A stretch of DNA of 64,000 nt from Acidimicrobiia bacterium. GTDB taxonomy: Bacteria > Actinomycetota > Acidimicrobiia > Spongiisociales > UBA11373. The position numbers were made by a program, and so were the translations under genes. Under the pieces are notes generated by a model. The model had not been told where the DNA came from and did not search any database. It saw only the letters and a list, made by a program, of their open reading frames with translations. Every line of letters begins with the position of its first letter. Positions within the stretch are counted from its first letter, which is position 1. Below, piece after piece: positions 1 through 11,407 of the stretch. The DNA is taken from the NCBI GenBank assembly GCA_041551965.1, contig JBFELU010000002.1:5829-69828 (forward strand), read 5' to 3'.

Positions 1-1601
1 ACGGCCCAGGCGCCGGCATCCTCGGGGGGCACGGCCGCCCGGTAGCGCCCGGCCGCGACGAGGATGCCGAGCACGGCCGCGCCGATCGAGATGAAGGCCA
101 GGATCCACGGGGTGGCGCCGCTCGGGATGTGACTGAGGTGCACGCCTTCGAAGGCCGGCTCCAGGAAGTGTTCCAGGCCGAGACGCCATGGGGTGTTGAC
201 CAGTCCGGCCACCACCGAGCCGACAGCAAGGACGGCGAGCGGGCCCACCATGACCGGGGGAGACTCGTGGGGCTCGACCCCATCCGCCCAACGCTTCGAC
301 CCGCCGAACGTCAGGAACATGAGCCGCGTCATGTAGAAGGCCGTCAGCAGCGCCGTGAGGAGCCCCACCGCCCAGAGGACGATCCAGAGTCCTCCCCGCT
401 CGAACACCGTCGCCAGGATCTCGTCCTTCGACCAGAACCCGGCGAAAGGCGGTATCCCCGAGATGGCGAGCCAGGCGATCGCCATCGTGGCGAAGGTCCA
501 CGGCATGATCCGCGCCAGGCCGCCCATGCGCCGCATGTCCTGTTCGTCGGCCATGGCATGGATCACCGAGCCGGCTCCCAGGAAGAGCAGCGCCTTGAAG
601 AAGGCATGAGTCATGAGGTGGAAGATCCCCGCCACGTGAGCGGCGGCCCCCACCGCCATGAACATGTAGCCCAGCTGGCTGATCGTGGAGTAGGCGAGCA
701 CCCGCTTGATATCGAACTGGGCCATGGCGATGGTGGCGGCGTAGAGGGCGGTCACCGCGCCGACCGTCGCCACGACGCCCGCCGAGACCGGAGCGAGCTC
801 GAACAGAGCGGCCGTCCTGGCCACCATGTAGACGCCGGCGGTCACCATCGTGGCGGCGTGGATGAGGGCCGACACGGGCGTGGGGCCCTCCATGGCGTCG
901 GGCAACCATACGTAGAGGGGCAGCTGCGCCGACTTCCCGGCGGCGCCGAGGAACAGCAGCAGGGTGATGGCCGTCGCCAGTCCGGTGCCGAGCTCGGCCG
1001 GCGCCTCGGTGAAGACCGCCTCGAACCCCAGGGTTCCGAAGGTGTTGAAGATGAGCATGAGCGCAACGAGGAAGCCCACGTCGCCGACCCGGTTGACCAC
1101 GAAAGCCTTCTTGCCGGCCGCGGCCGCCGTCGGCCGCTCGAACCAGAACGAGATGAGCAGGTACGACGACACCCCCACCAACTCCCAGCCCACGAACAGC
1201 ACGGCGAAGTTGTCTCCGAGCACCAGGATGAGCATCGAGGTGATGAAGAGGTTGAGATAGGCGAAGAAGCGGCCGTAGCGCTCGTCCCCGTGCATGTAGC
1301 CGATCGAGTAGACGTGGATGAGTGCCCCGACACCCGTCACGACGAGCGTCATCACCGCCGACAGCGGGTCCCACAGGAAGGCGGCATCGACCCCGAGGGC
1401 CGGGAGCCACTCGAACCAGGTGATCACCTCCGCGTGACCCTGCCCGGAGAAGAAATCGAACGCGGCCGGCAGCGCCAGGAAGAATCCGGCCACGACGGTC
1501 GCCGAGCCGAGGTAGCCGGCCCACGGCTCCCCGATCCGCTTCCCAAAGGCGAGCAGCACCACCGTCCCGGCCAGCGGGAGGAGCAGGGCGAGGGAAACCA
1601 T
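1..1601 (-). CDS. nuoL: NADH-quinone oxidoreductase subunit L (partial; C-terminus lies beyond the window start)
   Basis: Hand translation of the minus strand from the ATG at 1601-1599 gives MVSLALLLPLAGTVVLLAFGKRIGEPW...GWELVGVSSYLLISFWFERPTAAAAGKKAF...LPLYVWLPDAMEGPTPVSALIHAATMV. This is a typical antiporter-like NuoL (about 533 aa visible, no stop before position 1). It is not in the ORF track because it runs off the window edge. Confidence 0.9.
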   Translation of the reverse strand, partial: MVSLALLLPLAGTVVLLAFGKRIGEPWAGYLGSATVVAGFFLALPAAFDFFSGQGHAEVITWFEWLPALGVDAAFLWDPLSAVMTLVVTGVGALIHVYSIGYMHGDERYGRFFAYLNLFITSMLILVLGDNFAVLFVGWELVGVSSYLLISFWFERPTAAAAGKKAFVVNRVGDVGFLVALMLIFNTFGTLGFEAVFTEAPAELGTGLATAITLLLFLGAAGKSAQLPLYVWLPDAMEGPTPVSALIHAATMVTAGVYMVARTAALFELAPVSAGVVATVGAVTALYAATIAMAQFDIKRVLAYSTISQLGYMFMAVGAAAHVAGIFHLMTHAFFKALLFLGAGSVIHAMADEQDMRRMGGLARIMPWTFATMAIAWLAISGIPPFAGFWSKDEILATVFERGGLWIVLWAVGLLTALLTAFYMTRLMFLTFGGSKRWADGVEPHESPPVMVGPLAVLAVGSVVAGLVNTPWRLGLEHFLEPAFEGVHLSHIPSGATPWILAFISIGAAVLGILVAAGRYRAAVPPEDAGAWA

Positions 1602-1612
1602 GGCCTCCACGG

Positions 1613-1918
1613 TTACCCCTTCAGCTCCGACAGCTCATCGACGGACGCGGTGGCCCGGCGCCGGAAGATCGTCACGATGATCGCCAGGCCCACCACCACC
1701 TCGGCGGCCGCCACCACCATGACGAAGAACACCGATATCTGGCCGTCGAGCGTGTTCAGCTCCCTCCCGGCGGCAACGAACGAGAGGTTGACCGCGTTCA
1801 GCATGAGCTCCACGGACATGAACATCACGAGGGCGTTGCGGCGCACCAGGATCCCCGAGGCGCCGATGACGAACAACACCGCCGCCAGCGCCATGTACCA
1901 GCCCGGGGTGACCGTCAC
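1613..1918 (-). CDS. nuoK: NADH-quinone oxidoreductase subunit K
   Basis: C-terminal 101 aa of track ORF 1613..2359. The GTG start at 1918-1916 overlaps the nuoJ stop (GTGA) and follows a GGGAGGA motif. Sequence [47 protein letters not shown] is typical NuoK with 3 TM helices. Confidence 0.85.
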   Translation of the reverse strand: MTVTPGWYMALAAVLFVIGASGILVRRNALVMFMSVELMLNAVNLSFVAAGRELNTLDGQISVFFVMVVAAAEVVVGLAIIVTIFRRRATASVDELSELKG

Positions 1919-2424
1919 CGGTCCTCCCTTCGGTAGAAGGCGAGGGCGATCGTCCCCGCCGCGGCGATGATCAGCAACAGTGCCGTCACCTCGAACGGCA
2001 GGAGCCACTCGTCGAAGAGCCGCTCCCCGATCGCCTCGGCGGTGCCGTTCACCGGATCGCCGACCCTCACCCTCCCAGTACTCCACGCCTCCCGCCCGGC
2101 AACCAGCACGCCGGCGGCCAGCAGGCCCAGGAGGCCCATGGCCAGGGGCCGCTGCAGCGGGAGTGTCTCGCGACGGTCCTCGACCTTGTCGACGCCGATG
2201 AACATGATCACGAACAGGAACAGGGTCATCACCGCACCGGCGTAGACGATCACCTGGACCGCGGCCACGAAGTGGCCGGCGCTGGAGACGTAGAACACCG
2301 CGATCGAGAACATCGTCAACATGAGCCCGAGCGCGGAGTAGACCGGGTTGCGGGCCCACACCGTCGTCACCGCCCCGGCGACGGACGCCGCCCCGAAGAT
2401 GATGAAGAGGACGAGCTCGACCAT
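1915..2424 (-). CDS. nuoJ: NADH-quinone oxidoreductase subunit J
   Basis: 169 aa hydrophobic protein [45 protein letters not shown], in operon position between nuoI and nuoK. Confidence 0.9.
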   Translation of the reverse strand: MVELVLFIIFGAASVAGAVTTVWARNPVYSALGLMLTMFSIAVFYVSSAGHFVAAVQVIVYAGAVMTLFLFVIMFIGVDKVEDRRETLPLQRPLAMGLLGLLAAGVLVAGREAWSTGRVRVGDPVNGTAEAIGERLFDEWLLPFEVTALLLIIAAAGTIALAFYRREDR

Positions 2425-3050
2425 CAGTCCTCGCGCTCCTCCTCGTCGGCGCCGCTCTGGCCGACCTCAGGGGGCCGGTGGCCGACCCCGGCCGTCGGCG
2501 TCCAGCCGGCGACGCCCTCGTAGGCGGCCCGGCCGGCGGGAGCGGTGGCCCGCATCCACCCGTCGGCGATCTTCAGTTCGTCGACATCGATGAGGGGATT
2601 GGGGGCCTGGGGGTGGGGCACCATGCCGTCGGGTTCCATCAGCAGCTCCGAGCGGGTGTAGATCGCGTCGTCGCGGCTGTCGACCGACATCTCGAAGAGA
2701 TGGGTCATCGTGATCGCCTCGGTCGGGCACGCCTCGACGCACAAGCCGCAGAAGATGCAGCGCAGCATGTTGATCTCGTAGATGAACCCGTACCGCTCCC
2801 CTGGGCTCACCGGGGCGTCCGGCGGGTTGTCCTTGCCCCGCACGTAGATGCAGCGGGCCGGGCACACCCCGGCGCACAGCTCGCACCCGATGCACTTCTC
2901 CATGCCGTCGGGATAACGGTTGAGCACGTGGCGGCCGTGGAAGCGCTGCGGCTTGGTGCGCTTCTCCTTCGGGTAGCTGGTGGTGACCCGGCGCCGGAAC
3001 ATCTGGCGGAAGGTCACGGCGAATCCGGCCAGCGGCGTCAGCAGGCCCAC
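2424..3050 (-). CDS. nuoI: NADH-quinone oxidoreductase subunit I (2x[4Fe-4S] ferredoxin-type)
   Basis: Two CxxCxxCxxxCP motifs ([13 protein letters not shown] and [13 protein letters not shown]). N-terminus [33 protein letters not shown] is typical NuoI. Confidence 0.93.
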   Translation of the reverse strand: MGLLTPLAGFAVTFRQMFRRRVTTSYPKEKRTKPQRFHGRHVLNRYPDGMEKCIGCELCAGVCPARCIYVRGKDNPPDAPVSPGERYGFIYEINMLRCIFCGLCVEACPTEAITMTHLFEMSVDSRDDAIYTRSELLMEPDGMVPHPQAPNPLIDVDELKIADGWMRATAPAGRAAYEGVAGWTPTAGVGHRPPEVGQSGADEEERED

Positions 3051-3066
3051 GGCGTCACCTCCCCCG

Positions 3067-4179
3067 TCATGACCACGGCGCTCCGAAGGTCCGCCAGGCC
3101 GTCACCACCGTGAACAGCACCAGCCACGCCAGGCTCGCGGGAATGAGCCGCTTCCAGCCGAGCGTCATCAGTTGGTCGTAGCGCAACCTGGGGAGCGTGG
3201 CCCGCACCCACATGAAGATGAACAGGAGGACGTAGGTCTTCAGGAAGAACCAGAAGATCGGCATCAATCCCGAGAGGAAGCCGGGCAGCACCCCGTCGAA
3301 GGTCGGGCCGAGCCAGCCGCCGAGAAAGAAGGTGGTGGCCAGAGCCGACAGGTTGAACATGTTGATGTACTCGGCCAGGAAGAACAGCGCAAAGCGGATG
3401 CCCGAGTACTCGGTGTGGAAGCCCCCCACAATCTCGGTCTCGGCTTCGACGAGATCGAAGGGAGCCCGGTTTGCCTCGGCGATCGCCGAGATGAAGAAGA
3501 TCACGAAGGAGGGCAACAACCAGAAGATGAACCAGGCCGGGATGGGGCCCCGGAACGAGCCCTGTTGCAACTCGACGATCTGCGACATCGACATCGTCCC
3601 CAGAGCGAACGGCCCGGTGCCCATCTGGCTCGAGGCGAACAGGATCACCGGGATCAGCGACAGGCCCATCGCCGCCTCGTAGGAGATCATCTGGGCGGTG
3701 GCCCGAACCCCGCCGAGGAGCGGGTACTTGGAACCCGAGGACCACCCGGCGAACACGATGGCATACACCGCCAGCGACGACATGGCGAGGACGAACAGCA
3801 CCGCCACGTTGAGATCGGTGCCCTGGAGGGTCACCCGCGTCTGGCCGATCGTGAACGGCTCCCCGATGGGGATCACCAGGAAGATGAGGAAGGCCGGGAT
3901 CATCGCCATCACCGGTGCCGCCAGGTACATCCCGAGCTCGACCTTCCGGGGGGTGATGAGCTCCTTGAAGAAGAGCTTGGCGCCGTCGGCGACGGTCTGC
4001 AGCACCCCGAAAGGCCCGGCCCGCATCGGCCCGACGCGGTTCTGCATGTCGGCCACGATCTTGCGCTCCATCCACACCAGAAGCAGGACGTTGACGACCA
4101 GCAGCGCAAATGCGGCGACGACCTTGATGATGGCCGACCACCACACGTTGGCGAAGAGGTCTTCGAGGAAGCCCGTCAC
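3067..4179 (-). CDS. nuoH: NADH-quinone oxidoreductase subunit H
   Basis: 370 aa polytopic protein with NuoH/ND1 signature regions (VADGAKLFFKE, EAETEIVGGFHTEYSG, LPRLRYDQLM). The start overlaps the nuoG stop (ATGA). Confidence 0.93.
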   Translation of the reverse strand: MTGFLEDLFANVWWSAIIKVVAAFALLVVNVLLLVWMERKIVADMQNRVGPMRAGPFGVLQTVADGAKLFFKELITPRKVELGMYLAAPVMAMIPAFLIFLVIPIGEPFTIGQTRVTLQGTDLNVAVLFVLAMSSLAVYAIVFAGWSSGSKYPLLGGVRATAQMISYEAAMGLSLIPVILFASSQMGTGPFALGTMSMSQIVELQQGSFRGPIPAWFIFWLLPSFVIFFISAIAEANRAPFDLVEAETEIVGGFHTEYSGIRFALFFLAEYINMFNLSALATTFFLGGWLGPTFDGVLPGFLSGLMPIFWFFLKTYVLLFIFMWVRATLPRLRYDQLMTLGWKRLIPASLAWLVLFTVVTAWRTFGAPWS

Positions 4180-6585
4180 GACACCGCCTCCACCGTCACC
4201 GCGGCTCCCGTGCCCACCGACACCCCCAGGTTGAACGGCAGGTAGACCGCACCGGGCACCAGGGAGTCGTCGAAGGCGGCGGTGAGCGTCGCCTCACCCT
4301 TCGAGCCGGTGAGATGCACCTGCGACCCCTCGGCGATCTCGAGCCGTCCCGCATCGTCGGGATGCAGGTAGATCGCAGGATCTGGTGCCAGCCGGGCGAG
4401 CGATGGCCCGGCCTGCACCAGGGTGCCGCCGTCGTAGAGCACCCGGGCCAGGTGCAGGGTCCATTCCGCGGTCTCCGGCGCCGGCGCCTCTTCGGACGGC
4501 CGGTACTCGGGCCCCGATGTCCCCTCCGGACCGGGCGCCACGAGACCCTCCCGGCCGGCACCCCAGACCAGGGAGTCCCAGGTGATTCCCCGATAGGCGG
4601 GAGCCACTGCGGCGATCTCCTTGCCGAGCGCCGCCGCCGAAGTGGCCCCCAGCGACCGGTGCATGCGGCCGGCGAGATCCTCCAGCGCCTCCCACGACGG
4701 GCGTGCCAGCCCCGGGCCCGACAGCAGGGCATTCACCTTCTGCACCCGACCTTCGAGGTTGGTGACCGTGCCCTCGACCTCGCCGAAGCCGAGCACCGGG
4801 AAGACCACGTCGGCTCGTTCGACCGAGACGGTGCGGAACATGTCGAGCGCCACCACGAACTCGGCAGCCTCCAGCGCCGCCGAGCCCTCGGGGTGGTCGG
4901 CGGCCGGGTCGGCGCCGAGGAGCACCAGGCCCTTGACCTCACCCGCGATGAGCCCCGAGAGCACTCGCCCGGCGTCACGACCGGCAGCGTCGGGCAGCGG
5001 ACCCCATACCTCCTCGAGGGAGGCCCGGGCACCGGCGTCGTCCACCGGGACCCTGCCGGGCAACAGGCCGGGGGCGAGCCCCATGTCGATGGCACCGTAG
5101 ACGTTGGGGCGCCGAACCACCGGCATGATCGACACGTCGTGGAGCCCGGCGGCGAAACCGGCCACCGCCTCGGCGAGACGGGGATCCTCGGCAAGGCCGG
5201 TGCGGCCGACGATCGCCACCACCGGGCCCTCGGTGAGAGCGTGACGGGCCTCGGCGTAGTCACCCTCGCCGGCCGCCAGGCTGCGCAACACGTCGGCGCC
5301 GGCACCGGGGCGGTAGCGGAACGAGAACTCCGCCACGTCGTCCAACCCGTTGCGCCGGGGATGGACCACGATCAACCGGGCCCCGAGTTCGGCGGCGGCC
5401 CGCCGCACGCGCAGGTAGAGGACCGGCAGCTCCTCCTTGAGGTCGGGAGCCCACAGCAGGATCGCCCCGGCCTTCTCCAGATCGGGGATCGATCCCCGCG
5501 ACACCACCCCGGTGAGCAGGCGGGGATCGAGGCCGTCGCCCAACTGGGCGTCGACGCTGTTGGTCCCCAGTCCGGATCGCAGGAACTTGCCGAAGGCGTA
5601 GGCCTCTTCGTTGGTTCCCCGGGCCCCGCCGAGTCCGGCTACGGAGTCGGCGCCGGACGAGGTGATCACCGAATCCAGCCCCTCGGCGGCCCGCTCCAGC
5701 GCCTCGGCCCAGGTGGTCTCCCTGAGCGCGCCGTCTTCACGCACGAGCGGCGCGGTGAGCCGGTCCGGTGAGTGGATGAACTCGAAACCGAACCGTCCCT
5801 TGTCACAGAGCCACCCCTGGTTGGTGGCGTCGTTGTCGACACCCTGGAAGCGCAGGACCCGCCCCTGCGAGGCCTGCACCGAGATGCGGCACCCCACCGA
5901 GCAATGGGGGCAAGTGCTCTCGACTGCCTCGAGATCCCAGGGCCGGGCCCGGAACCGGTATGGAGTGGCGGTGAGGGCACCGACCGGGCAGATCTGCACG
6001 GTGTTGCCGCTGAAGTAGGAGGCAAACGGTTCGTCGGGGAAGGTGTTGACCTGGGTGGTGTTGCCCCGGTCGCGGAACTCGATCAGCGGATCCCCCGAGA
6101 TCTCGTCGCTGAACCGGGTGCACCGGGCACAGAGGATGCACCGCTCCCGATCCAGGAGCACGAGCTCCGAGATCGGTATCGGTTTGGGGTAGTGGCGCTT
6201 CTCTTCCACGAAGCGGCTCTCGCCCGGCCCGTGTGACACCGTCTGATCCTGAAGGGGACATTCCCCGCCCTTGTCGCACACCGGGCAGTCGAGGGGATGA
6301 TTGATGAGCAGAAGCTCCAGGATCCCCTCCTGGGCCTTCTCGACCGTCGGTGAGTTGGTATGGACCACCATTCCGTCCGCCACCGGCATCGTGCACGACG
6401 TCCCGAGGGCCGTCCCCCGGGGCCCTTCGACTTCGACCAGGCACATCCGGCACATCCCGACCGGCTTCATGCGCGGGTGCCAGCAGAAGTGAGGGATGTA
6501 GACGCCGACCTCCTGGAGCGCCTCGATCAACAGGGAGCCGGCCGGGACCTGCCGTTCGGCGCCGTCCACCGTGATGGTCACTTTC

Positions 6586-6593
<8 letters not shown>
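4176..6593 (-). CDS. nuoG: NADH-quinone oxidoreductase subunit G (75 kDa, molybdopterin-like)
   Basis: N-terminal 2Fe-2S and 4Fe-4S Cys motifs (HFCWHPRMKPVGMCRMCLVEV, CILCARCTRF). Track ORF extends to 6632. A TTG at 6593 with a GGGGGG Shine-Dalgarno 7 nt upstream, 2 nt after the nuoF stop, gives MSEKVTITVDGAE and is the more likely start. Confidence 0.88.
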
Positions 6594-7868
<1,275 letters not shown>

Positions 7869-7872
<4 letters not shown>

Positions 7873-8477
7873 TCGCCACCCCCCACGCTGCCGAGCGGAC
7901 CGAAGGCCGGAACGGGCGCCACCGCGCCCTCGGCCTCGGCGGGGCCCCACTCGAATGAGCGCCGGCCGCCGAAGCGTTCCTGCATCTCGTCGCCGCGAAC
8001 CACCTCGGGCAGCTCCTCGCGCAGCCAGCGGCACAGGGCCCGGCCCTGCTCCGGGGTCACCCCCTCCACCAACTCGTAGTTGACCTGGACCGCGGGGGCC
8101 CCGCCGCAGGCACCGATGCACTCCACGTGCTCGACCCCGAACAGGTCGTCGGCGTCGCCGTCGGCCACACCGGTCTCGTCGGCGACGGCGTCCAGCACGT
8201 CGTCGGCTCCCAGCAGCATGCACGAGATGGAGGTGCACACCGAGACCAGGTAGCGGCCCGGGGGGCGACGCTTGTACATCGTGTAGAAGGAGGCCACCGC
8301 CTGGACCTGGGCGGGACTGAGCCCGGTCAGGTCCGCCACCCGGCGTTGCCCGGCGTCGGTGAGGTGCCCGTCGTGGAACATCACCAGATAGAGGAGCGGC
8401 ATCACCGCCGACCGTTTGTCGGGGTAGCGGGCGATGATCTCCCGGGCCCGTTCCTCGAGATCCGGTGACCAGGTCAT
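7869..8477 (-). CDS. nuoE: NADH-quinone oxidoreductase subunit E (24 kDa, 2Fe-2S)
   Basis: Thioredoxin-like 2Fe-2S subunit with CTSISCMLLG...VECIGACGGAPA. The start MTWSPDLEERAREIIARYPDKRSAVMPLLYL at 8477 overlaps the nuoD stop (ATGA). The track ORF's upstream extension was rejected. Confidence 0.88.
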
Positions 8478-9904
8478 CGATCTACGTCTCCCAGCACCGG
8501 GTCGACCGAGGCGAGGGTGGCGACCGTGTCGGCGATCAGCGAGTCGGTGAGCATCACCGGAAGGGCCTGCACGTTGGCGAACGACGGGGCCCGAACGTGG
8601 AGGCGCCACGGCTTGGAACCACCGTCCGACACGACGAACATCCCCAGCTCACCGCGAGGCGACTCGATGGCCTGGTAGATCTCACCCTCGGGCACCTTGA
8701 AGCCCTCGGTGAAGATCTTGAAGTGGTGGATCAGCGCCTCCATCGACTGGTTGATGCGCATGCGGGGCGGCGGCGTGATCTTGCGGTCGTCGGAGCGGTA
8801 GTCGCCCCGGGGCATGCGCTCGACGGCCTGGCGCACGAGAGACAGCGACTGCCGCATCTCCTCCATCCGCACCAGATAGCGGTCGAAGGTGTCGCCGTGC
8901 TTCCCGATGGGGACCTCGAAGTCGTATTCCTCGATCCCGGAGTAGGGAAACGCCTTGCGAAGGTCCCAGTCGATCCCGGAGGCCCGCATGATCGGTCCGG
9001 TCACCCCGTAGGCGAGACATTCCTCCGGGGTGATGACCCCGACCCCCTGGGTCCGCTCGATGAAGATCGGGTTCCCTGTGAGCAGATCCTCGTAGTCGGC
9101 GATGCCCCTCGGGATGAGCTCCAGGAGCCGCTCGACGTCGTCCTCCCACCCGTCGGGGAGATCGGCGGCGACGCCGCCGGTGCGGATGTAGTTGTGGTTC
9201 ATCCGCAGCCCGGTGACCTTCTCGAAGAAGTTGAGGATCTCCTCCCGCTCCCGAAAGCCGTAGAGCATCATCGACAGGGCCCCGACGTCCATGCCCTGGG
9301 TGGCCACCCACACCAGGTGGGACGAGAGCCGATTGAGTTCCGTCATCAGGATGCGGATCACCCGGGCCCGGGGCGGGACCTCGATGCCGAGCAGGGCCTC
9401 CGTCGCCAGCGAGAAACAGAGTTCATTGTGGAAGGGCGACAGGTAGTCCATGCGGGTGACGTTGGTGGGGCCCTGGAGGAACGAGAGCGTCTCAGCGGTC
9501 TTCTCCATCCCGGTGTGGAGATAGCCGATGATCGGCTTGGCACGCCGGATCGTCTCCCCGTCGAGTTCGAGTTGGAGGCGGAGCACCCCGTGGGTGGCGG
9601 GGTGCTGGGGTCCCATGTTGACGATCTGGACTTCATCCCCGACGGCTTCGGGTTCCTCCAGGTAGTCGTCGGCGACCAGCCGTCCCTCCTGGTCGGCGAG
9701 CACCGCACCCTCCTCGGCCCCCAGCATCTCCTGGGCGCCCTCGTCGGTGAACCGCCCCAGGTCTGCCGGGGTCTCGGTGCCGGTGAGCCACATCTCGTGG
9801 ACACGGCGCCGATCGACCGCCGGATCGGCCGTCTCGGTGGTGGCGGGGCGCTCGACCGAGGGAGTCTCGAGGTCGCCGGTGCTGAGATCGGGAGGATTGC
9901 TCAT
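8474..9904 (-). CDS. nuoD: NADH-quinone oxidoreductase subunit D (49 kDa)
   Basis: Contains NMGPQHPATHGVLRL, ELDGE and the C-terminal RVRAPSFANVQALP motifs. The 476-aa form has an ~60 aa acidic N-terminal extension. An internal Met would give ~439 aa, but the ATGA overlap with the nuoC stop at 9904 supports the long form. Confidence 0.88.
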   Translation of the reverse strand: MSNPPDLSTGDLETPSVERPATTETADPAVDRRRVHEMWLTGTETPADLGRFTDEGAQEMLGAEEGAVLADQEGRLVADDYLEEPEAVGDEVQIVNMGPQHPATHGVLRLQLELDGETIRRAKPIIGYLHTGMEKTAETLSFLQGPTNVTRMDYLSPFHNELCFSLATEALLGIEVPPRARVIRILMTELNRLSSHLVWVATQGMDVGALSMMLYGFREREEILNFFEKVTGLRMNHNYIRTGGVAADLPDGWEDDVERLLELIPRGIADYEDLLTGNPIFIERTQGVGVITPEECLAYGVTGPIMRASGIDWDLRKAFPYSGIEEYDFEVPIGKHGDTFDRYLVRMEEMRQSLSLVRQAVERMPRGDYRSDDRKITPPPRMRINQSMEALIHHFKIFTEGFKVPEGEIYQAIESPRGELGMFVVSDGGSKPWRLHVRAPSFANVQALPVMLTDSLIADTVATLASVDPVLGDVDR

Positions 9905-10347
9905 GTCGCCTTGTCGGCCCCCTTGAACTGAATCGGCACCGAGCCGACCGGTTCGTCCTTGCGGAGCGGATGCCCGTACCAGTCGTCCGGGAGCAGGATC
10001 CGGGTCAGCGAGGGGTGCCCGGGGAAGCGGATCCCGAAGAGGTCGTAGGCCTCACGCTCGTAGAAGTTGGCCCCGGGGAACACCCCGGTGATCGAGGGAA
10101 CCTCAGGCGGGTCGCCGGCCGCCGCCACCGAGATATGCAGGCGTGCCTTCTCGGCGATGTTGAGGAGGTTGACCACGACTTCGAACCGATCGGGCCGCCG
10201 GTGGAGGTGATCGACGGCGGCCAGGTCCACGAACAGTTCGTAGCCGGCGTCCCGGGCCGCCTCCACGAAAGAGACCAGGTCCTCAGCACCGACACGGACC
10301 CTCCCCTCCCCTTCGAAGGTGGCATCGGGGAAGGCCTCGGGGTTCAT
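9901..10347 (-). CDS. nuoC: NADH-quinone oxidoreductase subunit C (30 kDa)
   Basis: [19 protein letters not shown]...[23 protein letters not shown] is characteristic NuoC, 148 aa. The start at 10347 overlaps the nuoB stop (ATGA). The rest of track ORF 9901..10899 is an out-of-gene extension. Confidence 0.88.
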   Translation of the reverse strand: MNPEAFPDATFEGEGRVRVGAEDLVSFVEAARDAGYELFVDLAAVDHLHRRPDRFEVVVNLLNIAEKARLHISVAAAGDPPEVPSITGVFPGANFYEREAYDLFGIRFPGHPSLTRILLPDDWYGHPLRKDEPVGSVPIQFKGADKAT

Positions 10348-10820
10348 CGCAGTGCCGCCTTCCCCTCCATCACCATGTCCTGGAGCGTGAGGATTCCGTG
10401 GATCAGCGATTGCGGGCCGGGGGGGCAGCCGGGGACGTAGACGTCGACGGGGACTACCTGATCGACACCCTGAACCAGGGCATTGTTGTTGAACATGCCG
10501 CCGGTCGAAGCGCAGGCCCCCATCGAGATGACCCACTTGGGCTCCGGCATCTGGTCGTAGACCTGGCGAAGCACCGGGGCCATCTTTTGGGAGAGGCGCC
10601 CGGCCACGATCATCAGATCGGCCTGGCGGGGCGAGGCCCGGAACACCTCCATGCCGAAGCGGGCCAGGTCGTGGTGGGCGGCGCCGGTCGACATCATCTC
10701 GATGGCACAGCAGGCGAGCCCGAAGGTGGCCGGCCACATGGAACGGGTGCGGGCCCAGTTGACCGCCTTGTGGAGGGTGGTGGTGAGGATGTTCTCCGAG
10801 GGCCGCTCGGCTCGCGCCAT
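10344..10820 (-). CDS. nuoB: NADH-quinone oxidoreductase subunit B (20 kDa, 4Fe-4S N2)
   Basis: [13 protein letters not shown]...[10 protein letters not shown]...YVPGCPP cluster-N2 Cys motifs, 158 aa. The start [27 protein letters not shown] at 10820 overlaps the nuoA stop. Confidence 0.9.
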   Translation of the reverse strand: MARAERPSENILTTTLHKAVNWARTRSMWPATFGLACCAIEMMSTGAAHHDLARFGMEVFRASPRQADLMIVAGRLSQKMAPVLRQVYDQMPEPKWVISMGACASTGGMFNNNALVQGVDQVVPVDVYVPGCPPGPQSLIHGILTLQDMVMEGKAALR

Positions 10821-11236
10821 CAGGCGGCCTCCTCGACGTCGGGGGCCACCACCCGGCGATAGCGCTCCCGGCGGGCGATGTTCCAATCGAGCGCCCCACG
10901 GCGCCACACGTAGACCAGGGTCTCGATCAGCAGGAAGGTGAAGATCCCCACTGCGGCCACGCCCGGCCAACCGAGTGTCTCGAATCGCACCGCCCAGGCG
11001 AAGAGGAACACGATCTCGATGTCGAAGATCACGAACAGCATCGCCACCAGATAGAACTTCACGGGGAACCGCTGGACCGGCTCCTGGAGCGGCACGATGC
11101 CGCACTCGTAGGGCTCAAGCTTCTCCGGCGTGGGGTTGCGGGGAGCGATGAGCCGGCCCAGGAGCATGACGAGGCTCGCAAAACCGAGGGCCAGGAGGAA
11201 CATGATGGCGATCGGCAGGTAGTCGGTCAGCGTCAT
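10820..11236 (-). CDS. nuoA: NADH-quinone oxidoreductase subunit A
   Basis: 138 aa protein with 3 TM helices ([27 protein letters not shown]...PYECGIVP). It is the first gene of the operon, with a GGAG Shine-Dalgarno 8-11 nt upstream of its ATG. Confidence 0.9.
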   Translation of the reverse strand: MTLTDYLPIAIMFLLALGFASLVMLLGRLIAPRNPTPEKLEPYECGIVPLQEPVQRFPVKFYLVAMLFVIFDIEIVFLFAWAVRFETLGWPGVAAVGIFTFLLIETLVYVWRRGALDWNIARRERYRRVVAPDVEEAA

Positions 11237-11407
11237 GTGGCTTGCTCCACGAATGTGGAGGCTAGCGGGTCGATGGGGCGGTTCGGCCCGGTCCTCGAAT
11301 CCGTCTAGGCCAACGCGACTTGGTGCTCCGAAAGGAATGTCATCGGGCTGGGTTTGGTCAGTTCACCGCTTCCGGGTGCGACGTGCTCAGCAGGCCGGAA
11401 GGGAGGC

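Noticed and set aside
129-1970. 613-aa plus-strand ORF at the window start
   Set aside because: Antisense to nuoL, whose minus-strand translation is a clear NuoL. The ORF is Arg/Glu/His/Gly-rich low complexity with no domain, a typical spurious long ORF in 70% GC DNA.
11237-11407. Rex operator (TTGTGAA-N4-TTCACAA) upstream of nuoA, the qcr operon and rex
   Set aside because: Only a half-site-like GGTGAAC (~11365) and an unrelated 6-bp inverted repeat CTCCAC-ATTC-GTGGAG near the nuoA Shine-Dalgarno were found, with no full palindrome. Not called.
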